Origin: Trichinella spiralis
Lineage: Eukaryota
Reading direction: 5' to 3'
DNA: 29,365 nucleotides
NCBI RefSeq assembly: GCF_000181795.1
Contig: NW_003526944.1
Location: 1,962,848 to 1,992,212 of the forward strand
Below, piece by piece: positions 11,951 through 26,330 of this stretch. The notes below the pieces were generated by a model that saw nothing but the letters and a program-made list of their open reading frames with translations, did no database searches and was not told where the DNA came from. The translations under genes were made by a program, and so were the position numbers. How positions within the stretch are numbered: the first letter of the stretch is position 1; each line of letters starts with the position of its first letter.

Positions 11951-12683
11951 CTACGAAATGTAAGAAGGAGCTTCACAAAAATAACGTTGAATTTCATTGC
12001 GCATGCACATCGCATAATTGACGTATTGCTCGTGCAATTTTTCCGTAAGCTCCTCTTCAAATTTGGCAACTAACAGGCGTCGATGCTCGGCAAGTAACTT
12101 CTTGAAAACAAATATAATCTGCCGCAATGAAAAATGCTGCTGATTGTTGATAATGCCACCGTCCACCAGATAAGATTTTGAAGTTGGAAATTTTTCAGCG
12201 TCCACTTTGTTGTCCACAACGTTTTTCATCTCGTCACGAAGAATATCCTCCAGCTGAGATGTGGGTGAACGTGGTGAATCACGTATTATCATTTCTGCAA
12301 TGCATTCAAATTTCAACAAACAAATATTGTTCTACTTGTCACAGAATCTCAATACCGCTTGTTTACATACTACTTATTCCTGTTCCACTATGCTCAAAAC
12401 AATTACTTGAAAACTTTATACGTTAAAAATTAAAATTAGAATGCTTTCATTAGTCAATAAAAGTAATTAAGAAAAACAACGGATTAAACTAAACGTAAAC
12501 GGATCGATTTAAGAAATTTTTATCATAACCAAATTAACTATTCATTGTAATTTTATTATATTTAACTTTTTAACAAAACTACTAACGTGGAGATGGACTT
12601 CTCTTCACACGCTTCGCAGCGCATTCTGGACTCATGAAATGTTCGAAATCCAAGGGCCGTTTTAAAGTAGCTCCGCAAGCCAT
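11951..12683 (-). CDS. akir-1: Akirin, 146 aa, 2 exons
   Basis: Exons 12587..12683 and 11951..12294 (441 nt). The N-terminus MACGATLKRPLDFE and C-terminus FSLRQI...LTEKLHEQY...EAPSYIS* are the conserved Akirin termini. Confidence 0.93.
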
Positions 12684-13877
12684 CTCTAATACGAAGCTAT
12701 AGGATTCCTATAAATAAACTTTCAATTAATAAATATGAACTAAAACAAAAACCAAATTAAACATAATATTCATTGAAAAATATCAATAAGGCGACAGTTA
12801 AATAAAATCGACGACACATCAAAAGAATCATAAAGGAAATACTAATAAAAATAATTAGGAAAATATCAATATTCTTCTCCAAACACTTGTTGAACACTTG
12901 GCTTAAAAAGTAAGTGTATAGTTATTTTCACGTAAAGCATCCTCATAACTTGTGAAAAAAAACAAGGAAGTAGAAACAGCAGTAATAGACGATGCTATTG
13001 ATTAGACTCATTCTAAAATTTCAGTACACAAACAAAACTCACAACAATAAACATATTCGTGAATAAAATGTAAAAGAAAAACTATATAGCTACCTATATA
13101 ATGCTATCTGCTGTTACCCCACGAGAAAAACCGGAACATATGATATATATTAAAAATAGCAAATGCACAGTATACTCTAATACTGTAATTTTCAAATTTT
13201 ACGATAATTAGGATAATATTTTTAATTTGATTTTTAGCACAAAATTCATTAAAAAAATAATTTATCGTTTAGAGATTATTTATATTTTCAGAAATTTAAT
13301 TCATCGTCAAATATTTTAACATATGGATATGTCGTTTATTGATTTATATACGAAAATAAAGTTTTGGTCAGATTAATGAAACTTTTATCACAGTTAAACT
13401 TCTATTTACAAACTTTTTCAATTTCATATAAATGTTTTTGAGCAATAAATCTGTTTCAAATTGATAAAAGAATTTTTAAAATAAAAATGTAGGTTACATT
13501 TTTCAATTGTATGCTTCATTTACAGTACTAACAATGACATGTAATATTTGTATTGATCAGTTTACTTAAATAAAGCAAATATTCAACTATTGTGTGAGTG
13601 AATATGTATATGCATGAAGGTTAAACTTAATTTACAATAAACTGTAAAGTGGGGCTACCTGTAAAAGCGTATTTTGTCGATTGTATTTTTTTCGTTGTGT
13701 TGATTTATTTTCTTAAGAAATGAGTCATTTAAAATTGATCAATTCCGTACATATTTTTCTTTGATTGGCCAAATTTTTGTAAAATATCAATTATGACATT
13801 GCATGCAGTTATTTTCTAGTCGACATAATTCAATGCTTGGTGGAAGTTGAAAAAATCCATCAGTTCAATTTGCTTTA

Positions 13878-15754
13878 ATGAAACGGCAGTTTGATTTTGA
13901 AATATTGCAGCGTGTTGCGCGTGACAAATTTATCCACCTGTTGGAATGTATTCACAATGATAAAATTTTGATCATTGATTCGAAATTGATGAAACCACTG
14001 GATCGTCTGTTGAATATTAACTTGCTTCGGCAGCACGGGGTTGTGAAAATATTCCGATTCGAAGAATTCGACTGTTCATTGATGTTCAACGCAGACATGC
14101 AGCATGTGTTTCTCATTCGACCGAATTTAGCTTATGCGAAAAAAATTGTCCATATGTTTAATGGTAATTATGAAAATGGTCGTCTGATTTTTGTTCCTCG
14201 AAAATTAGCCTTGATTGATTATGTTTTGGAAGAGTTGGGCGTTTTTGGTTTGTTGCACTGCGACGAATTCGACTGGTCGTTTATCCCATTGGAAACAGAT
14301 TTGATCAGTTTGGAACTTCCGGAATATTTTACCAGTACTTTTATTGCAAATACCAACTGCTGGTTTTACAGTCTAGCGCAAGCAATGTGGCATTTTCAAT
14401 CGTTGTTCGGCCCTTTTCCTGCACAAATATTTTGCGCCGGACAATCGGCTACAGTTCTAGCCAATATGATCGAATCGATTAGCTTAGATCAAGGATATTC
14501 CAAGTTGAAAGATCCATGCTGTTCGCATGTGATATTAATTGACCGTGATGTAGATCCAGCTACAATGTTTCTGTCATCTTTAACTTACGAATCACTTCTG
14601 GAAGAGAAATTTACTATTCAATCCGGCTTTATGGAAATTCCAGAAGAAATTTCTTCAAAAGGTGCAGTAACGAAGGTTCTTTTAACTGGAGCTAATTCTA
14701 TTTATGCATCTATCAGAGATCAACATTTCGCTCATGTGTTTTCGGTTTTGAAAAAAGAAACGGAACGTTTGCAAGGAAATTTTGCCAAGAAAAATCAGTG
14801 CAATTTGACACAGCTCAAAGAATTTATTCGCGATGAATTGAAAGATTTAAGACTTCAGCATCGCACTCTGACTCTTCATATTGGACTTTCTGAGGTTTGT
14901 TATTATTCTATTTGATAGTATTGACGTTTGGTTAATTAATTAATTTTATATTTATTGATTGTTCATGTGTCATTTGAATTTAAATTTTACTTTTGAAAAG
15001 CATTTCAATTGTGTTTCATTTCAAGGCTATTGTGGCAGAGAAAAATCAGCAAGATTTCGAAAAACTGTTGGAAATAGAACAATGCATTTTATCTTGCATC
15101 GATTTAAACCGGTGCGTGGAATTTCTACGTGACTACATGGCCCAACGACTTTCCGCTGTCAATGCGTTCAGTTTATTATGCTTGTTAAGTTTGGTGCAGA
15201 ATGGCTTGCCGGCTAAAGATTATTCGATTCTTAGGCGGGAATTTTTGCAAGCTTACGGCTTTCAACATTTGAGCACGTTTTTCATTTTGCACAAAATGCG
15301 TCTGTGTTTTCGCAAAGAATCTTTCCTTCCAACTTCACTTTTATCCTTTGCTCATTCGGATAATGATGAAGCAACTTTCCAAAGTGTGACGAAAAAGTTC
15401 AACTTGATTCGTATGGAAAAAATGGACCTTGCCAAGCCCGGTTGTGCTTCGTATGTTTTCAACGGTGCGTACATTCCTTTAGCATGCCGGCTGGTTGATC
15501 AAATCGCCCATCACGGTGCTTGCAGGGAATTTCAACGCTTGGTACAAGTGAAAGAGCGCCGTTTTGTCGCTTCATCTCAGAAAGAGAATGAAAAAAAGCG
15601 AAAAACGATTCTTGTGGTTTTTCTCGGTGGAGTAACGCGTGCCGAAATTGCTGGCTTGCGTCTCATTGGGAAGCTCAGAAATTGTGATGTCTGCATTGCA
15701 ACTACCCACATTCTTTCTAAGAAAAGTCTTTTGAAAGCAATAAACGAATTTTAA
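13878..15754 (+). CDS. VPS33B: Sec1/Munc18-family protein Vps33B, 581 aa, 2 exons
   Basis: Exons 13878..14894 and 15026..15754 (GAG|GTTTGT...TCAAG|GCT). DFEILQRVARDKFIHLLE...LMKPLDRL, LIDRDVD, YVFNGAYIPLACRL and LVVFLGGVT match the VPS33B branch rather than VPS33A. Confidence 0.88.
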
Positions 15755-15994
15755 ATTTCACCGTATTTCTAAACTAAAATTGGAATTTAAAACAGCTATA
15801 AAATTTGTGAATTTAAGCTAAAAGAAACACTGTGCTGGAATGCTGGAATATTTTCCAAATGATTTATTGCGTAATTCAACGTCTAGTATGATACTGTAAA
15901 ACAAAAGTTGTTAAGGTATGTTGAGAAATATTGTAATTAATTTTTCAGTATTTTAGTAGCATTTATATACAGTTTTCGAAGCTCGTTCTCCAGC

Positions 15995-16081
15995 CCTCCG
16001 ATAGCTCAGTTGGAAGAGCGGTGGACTGTAGCCGAGTCAACAGAAATCCATAGGTCGCTGGTTCAAATCCGGCTCGGAGGA
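15995..16081 (+). tRNA. tRNA-Tyr (anticodon GTA at 16028..16030) with a 14-nt intron at 16032..16045
   Basis: Acceptor stem CCTCCGA/TCGGAGG plus discriminator A; D-arm GCTCAGTTGGAAGAGC; anticodon stem GTGGA/TCCAT; T-loop GGTTCAAATCC; intron at the canonical 37/38 position; Pol III T5 terminator at 16085..16089. Confidence 0.96.
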
Positions 16082-16172
16082 AGGTTTTTACTATCGGTTT
16101 CCAGGTATTTATTATATTACTTCAACTGAAACAAAACTTATTTTAAATAAATAAGCATATTTTATTTTACTA

Positions 16173-16219
16173 TTATTTAACTTGTACATTTGGTACTTTT
16201 ATTTAACTTGTACATTTGG
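16173..16219. repeat. 21-nt direct repeat (TTATTTAACTTGTACATTTGG x2, period 26)
   Basis: Copies at 16173..16193 and 16199..16219. Confidence 0.8.
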
Positions 16220-16998
16220 GTATTTCTTGTTACACAAAGTATTTTTTTATAATAACTTTTTTTGAAGATGAGAAATTCTTTTAAACTACTGACTGTTATT
16301 TGCATGGTTAAACACAAGTCCTGTAATGCAATCGAACTTTTTTAAATTAACAATGCATCCAGTTTTCATTTCACTACAGTAATTTAAAAACGTGATAACT
16401 ATTAAAAAAAGCAAATTCAGGTATTAAATTTTGTATTGTCAATGAACTCGCCATTTAAATCAAAACAACTTGTTTACCGATATTGTTTTACGTTTTAGAA
16501 ACGATGAAAAGTATTAAGATTTATTTAATTTTTGTATTTGTAGCAATAATCTTACTGTTTTTTTGTTCAAAACTGATGATTTTCTTTTCACACTGATTTA
16601 TACTAAATTCCATTTCAAAGCAAGTTATACAATGAAACTGAACAGTGATGATTATTTTCTGAAAATAATCCAATGCAGTTATATTTTCTTAGTGGTAAAC
16701 TGGAGATTGTTACAATTTCATACTTTGAAGTCAACTTCAAGGTCATCTTGTTTTGATAATCTTATCAAATTGTTTCAAATTTGTTTTTCTTTTTCGCCAC
16801 ACTTATCTCTGCAACTCGCCCACAGTTTTATTAAAGTACTGTATGTTTTATTATTCGTTAAATTTTGAATGAAATAAAATTTCACTTGTTGATTTATTTT
16901 CCGGCAAAAAGTATACAAACGAACGATACAACACAACGCATACGTAAATTGACTATAAAAGTGTTGGAAATGAAGTTGATATTCAAAAAATTTCAGGC

Positions 16999-21166
<4,168 letters not shown>

Positions 21167-22507
21167 GCAAGTCACTGAGTTTGTCACGTGATGCCAGCCG
21201 TTGGCCAATTAACGTTCAGCAATACTGTAATGCTTTCTCAGGAACCAATTTCTCATGGGAACTGGACAACGCACGGGATGGTCAATTTGTTTATTAGCCC
21301 CCCGAATGCGCATTTGGCTGTTCTTAATTCAATTCTTTGTGCTTGCTTTTGCAATTACAATTATGCAACTTGCCAGGTGGTCAATTTTTTTTGCCCATTC
21401 ACATTTATAAAGGTCACCTTTGTTAAGATGGAATGGTTTTAGTGATTTGCTTAATTTGTCTTTTACAATTTTATTTCTCTTGCTTTTATCTAGATTTTTC
21501 TTAAACCCCCTTCCACTATTTCTGATGTTATTTAATTCAAAAAATAATTAGCATATCCACATTTGTGCAACTGTTTATTTGCTCTGTGATCAGAAAAGAG
21601 GAAAAAATATATTACTGTGAAAGCATCTATTTGTGAAGCATTTTGAGAACAATAATTGTAATAGCTGAAATTGTACATATATATTTTTTGGAATTTTATT
21701 ATTACAATCCACCATACAATTGTTATAAGTGGGCGACAGATGTAAAAGTAAAATGATGGTAGAAATCATGCAACGTAGTAACTGAACGGACGAATGAAAT
21801 TGGTAAAGCACAAGTTGGTTATATTGAAAGAAAGTCCTTTTGCTGAATTTGCATTTTCATGTTTATTATTCACTTGAGATGGCGTTGCGCACAATTTCTC
21901 TATTGTTCATTGCAATCACAATTGCATGTTTGGTTCGAAGTTGAGACGATGTGGTGGTATTGGGCTTGATATTTATTTGGAAATGGTGTAAAAATTGAAA
22001 TTGCTCCTCCTCCACAAACGCTCTTTCGATTAAAAGCAATTGTTCCCATTGTTCTGCAGCATTGGAATCGGTGATGACGTTCTGAAATGGCGACCAACAG
22101 TTTGCCAACATCCAGTGTCGGCGATCACAAGTCCATGTATAAATTTGCAATGTGTATGTACGTGTGTGTGTGTGTGTATTTGCCCAGTTGAGTGTTGTTA
22201 CGTGCCGAACAATAGCCGACCGCAACGTGCACAATGGAATTTTTCCAGTAAACACTTGAATCCGACGGTTGGCGTTGTTGTTGATCACGTTGTGTTGTGT
22301 TGGGGTGGGGCATTTTCCACTTGTACGACAACGGCTGAGACTTGTAGTACTTTTCTCACACTGACAAACAACCTTAAAATTTAACTGACATTCTAACCAT
22401 ATATAAACTTGAATAGTGAAGTTTCTTTTTTTTTTAATTTTATCAAGCAGACATAAAGAAATAAGTTCATTCATTTGTAATTTCTATAACATATTGTACT
22501 GAGGCAC

Positions 22508-22532
22508 TGTTTGTTTGTTTGTTTGTTTGTTT
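22508..22532. repeat. (TGTT)n microsatellite
   Basis: tgtttgtttgtttgtttgtttgttt. Confidence 0.75.
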
Positions 22533-22978
22533 ATTAGCGTTGTAATTTCTTTTTTCTTTGCAGTCATTCACGAGCATTGTTCATTTACTTTTGCACCACT
22601 GAGTTGGATTAATTATGAGTTGAAAAGTTGTGTTCAATAATTTTTATTCGTACAATTTTTTCTTATTTTTAAATAATTCTGATCAGTCAGTAAATCATCA
22701 TCCGTTTCATTTAGTAGTAACTAAAGTTGAAATTTGTTGTACAGCTAAGATGAAGGAGGAAAAAACTTCTCGCTTTGAATGCAAGAACAGTGGAAAACGA
22801 TGATGATCATCTTGGACATGGAAAATTAATTATACTACAATAAATAGGTTAAATAATTTGTGGATCAGAAAATTAGCATAAAGAAGGCTTGAGAAATGAG
22901 AAATTGTCGCGTCAGTGGTTGTTGAAGTTTTCGACTGAAATCAATAGCTTTCTTGTTTGAGTGGGAGAGAATTTGGGT

Positions 22979-25010
22979 TTAAAATTGACTTTCATTGGGA
23001 CCAACTCGACCCAGCTTGACGTCGGTTGGCAGCTCGGGGACGTGGCTAATTTGAGAAAAAGAAGCAATCGGGGCCGTGGACGAAGTTCTGGTAGTGACGG
23101 TGCTTGTGTAGACGGATTTTTTGTAATATTTTTTCGTCGTATGCCGGGAGACAGTGCCCGGCTGGGCCGGCTCTTCGAACACTTTCTCCTCTTGTTCCGT
23201 GTGGACGCTGAACTGTTTGCCCGGATCGGCGGTGGTGTAAATTTCCTTACTGTAGGCCACCTTCTGACCGTCACGGTCGAGGAAGGTACCCGAACTGGTG
23301 GACTGTGTTTTGCCGGCCGAGCCTGCCGGCGGATCCGACGCCCAGGGGGGCGTCGGCTGTTCAGACCGCCAATGGGACGAACGGGCTTCACCGTGCACCG
23401 GGTCCGCATTGGGCTCTTGTTCACGTTGTCGGTCGACTTCGTGCTGCCAGAGACGGTGGGTTTTTTCGGCCCTCTGCTGCCAGCTCGGCTGCGTGTAAAC
23501 GGTCTGCTGGACCTTGTTCACGTACGGATCCATCGTGTCGCCTCGCCTCTGCCAACTGTGCTGCTTCTCTTCGGCTCGACGTGCCCAACTCGGCGGCTGG
23601 TCGGCCGTCTTCGGCAGGCTGCGTCGCTGCTGATCCGGATCCAAGGCGGTCATCTGCTGTTCCCAACGCGAGTGCTTGTGCTCGGCGGTTCGTTGCCAGT
23701 GGGGCGTCGGCTGGGATACGATCCACGGACGTTCCGCTTCGCCGCTCACAAGCGACGAGATGTTGACCGCTTTGCGCGCGGTCGCCTCGACCGGACCGTG
23801 CATCACGGCCGGCGAGTTGGCGGTTCTCAAATTGGCGACGTTGTACCGCTGCCCAGGGCGCCACTGCGACCCGTTCCACTCAGTTTGGTCAATGTTCGGT
23901 GCTGTGTAGACTTTCAGCCAGCTGGTCGAACTGTTCCTGCTTTCAACTCGGCCTGAAGGCTGTGGCGCTTTCCGCCCCAATGCTGAGCCGGGTCGCTTCC
24001 ACTCCCCCGTCGTCTGTGTCCAGTGGGGCGTCGGTCTGCCGGTGCTTTCCGCAGCTTTGGTCGCAGGGTGCGGCTTGTCGCCGACAGTCGGTTGGAACCT
24101 ACTGCCGTGCTGCAGGGCCGGACTTGGCGGAGGTGGGCTTCGTTCGGTGATCTGTTCCCATCTGGCGTGCTTTTCCTCGGCGGTTTTTGTCCAAAGTGGC
24201 CTCTGGGCTTGGAAAACTTTTCCTCTTTCCAATTCGGCGAACTTGTCGACCACCGCTGCTGCATTGCCAGTCGTCGGTAGTTGATCCCGGCTGTCGTCTT
24301 CTCTGGATGTCACTTTCCAGTTGTAGTCGGTTTTGTGCGGTGTCGACGGCCGGTGATACTTTTCCGTCAGACGGTTCACGGCCGGTTCGACTGTTGTTGG
24401 AACAGTATCTGGCTGTTTCGAATACCTGGCGAATGGAGTCGCGTTCAACGGGCGCTGCTGATAGCTAGGAGCTTGCTTTTCGTGAACTCGTATCGACGAG
24501 CTACCTTCAAAATAGGATAAAACTCGCTGATCCGGTTGTTTATAAAGTGGTGTTCTAGTTGTAGGGTACTTTGCAATTCGGCTGTATTGGCGGTTTCATT
24601 GGTGACACCGGTCAAGTATTGCAGTCGTCGAAAACTCGGTGACTGCAGCTTGGGATCGACGAACCCTTGATAATGGGGATATTCATCCTTGGGGGTTGGT
24701 TCCTCGTAGCGTGCGCTGTGTTTCGGCGCCAATGGCTCATCGCCGTGCAGTAGGCGATAAGTTTCAGATCGCAATCCGGCGCTAGGTCTGCAATAGGAAT
24801 TGAAAATCGAATTTGAACAATTTCACTGTCCTCATTGATCAATCAAAAAATGAATTGAACAAAATCCTCAATGCTCATTGCTTCTACGTACGTAGGGGAA
24901 CGCTTTATGTTCGGCGACAATGCGGCCAGAGACTGTTGAAACGCTTCTTCGACATTCTCCTTCGAATACAGCGCTATTGGGCTGTTGAACTGCTGATGCG
25001 TCAGCGGCAT
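22979..25010 (-). CDS. ZM (Zasp-like motif) + ALP-motif protein with a long disordered Trp-repeat tail, ~620 aa; probable muscle dense-body/Z-disc protein
   Basis: Exons 24892..25010, 24570..24787, 22979..24504 (1863 nt in frame; the second donor is weak). MPLTHQQFNSPIALYSKENVEE is a ZM motif. SETYRLL...QSPSFRRLQ is the ALP/AM (DUF4749-like) motif of PDLIM proteins. The terminal exon is a GC-rich 1.5-kb ORF. Confidence 0.75.
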
Positions 25011-26330
25011 TTGCTCATTGAAAAATTCAGTTCAATTAGAAAAACAACTCACCCATTTACAACCCTCACAACTATAAAAATAAGAAAAACATCCATTGCA
25101 TTGATGAATTGATTAATTAATTTTGTGGCAACATAATTTCTCTTCCACTTCATTTTTTTCGTTCTATTGAAAATGATTAATTGAATATCCGCATTCGTCA
25201 TCAGTGTAATTTTTATTTTATTTTTGTTTTTTTTTCAAACTTCAAACAATTTCCAGGCAAATTTATTATCTTCTTTTTTTTTAATGTTATTATTGACTCT
25301 TTGTAACAACACGGAGACGAAACAGATGCTTGTTCAATTGTTTCTTGGTTTATGAAATTTTTAGAAAATATATTATCATTTGATTAATTTGAAAAATTGC
25401 TCACAGCTGAAAATGCAACATCAAACTGTTGTTGTTCTTTTGAAAATTTTCAATTCAAATAACCATTTTTAATGAATTGTTGTCGTTTTTAAGTTTATTA
25501 TTTATTTGTGTTCTTTAGTCAACTATTAGCAATGATAACTTGATCACTTTTCATATGATGCTGAAACTATTAATTTATTTGTTGTTTTCTGATCGCTGTA
25601 TTCAAGCTTGTTAGCTATTATTATTCGTTGCTTCAACCAAACAAATAATAATATATTATATAACGTATATAATGAGAAATTTTTAATTTGTTTGACATTA
25701 ATGCACAGCTCTATATAGCATTTTGATGAATAAGTGCAATTGTCAGGAAATTAGATTTTATGAAAAATACTTTAATAATTGTATCTTCATGAAAGTTTAT
25801 AGGTAACGTAGGAAGGAAATTTTAAAAATAAATGTAAAATTCTGTTTTTGAAAAATATTTAATTTTCAGATACTTTTGATAAATCTAACGATAATTTTTA
25901 ATGTTTACAATATTTGAGAGAAAATGAAATTAGAAAAAAAACAGAACGAAACTATTTTTAGAGAATATGAAAAATGTGAATATGAATGGTTAGAATGTTT
26001 TATCGAAAATTCAGAAAATTCTGTTTTGTAATGATGTCATTTTTGCATAACGTTTTTTGTTACAAGTAAATAATATGAAATTGTTATTGAACAGTATTTT
26101 TAACATTTTCATTTTAACAGATGAACATTGAAAATAGCGAATATTAACAACATACGTTAAACAAAGTGAACGTGATTTCATTTTAATATATATGTATGTA
26201 TTGTGATGAGTGTTGTTTAGTGAACGAGCAGAAATTATTCATTCTTATTATTTATTTGTATATCGAGTGAAGGGAATATATTATCATCATCTTTACCTGG
26301 GCAAGATGGACTTTTTTTCTCTGCTTTTAG

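Noticed and set aside
16173..16219. Direct repeat near the tRNA considered as a target-site duplication or CRISPR-like array
   Set aside because: Only two copies separated by 5 nt, with no element between them and a eukaryotic context; simple slippage duplication.
21866..22474. 202-aa minus-strand ORF
   Set aside because: It reads through a (CA)n tract (THTHTRT), has no domain and shows no supporting splice structure.
22961..23956. 331-aa plus-strand ORF and several other overlapping ORFs at 22.9-24.5 kb
   Set aside because: Antisense or alternate-frame shadows of the GC-rich terminal exon. Only the minus-strand 489-aa frame carries the repeated motif and splices to the ZM exons.
25100..26300. 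Searched for PDZ exons or transposon remnants upstream of the ZM gene
   Set aside because: Extremely AT-rich, with no ORF, terminal inverted repeats or transposase/RT motifs visible.
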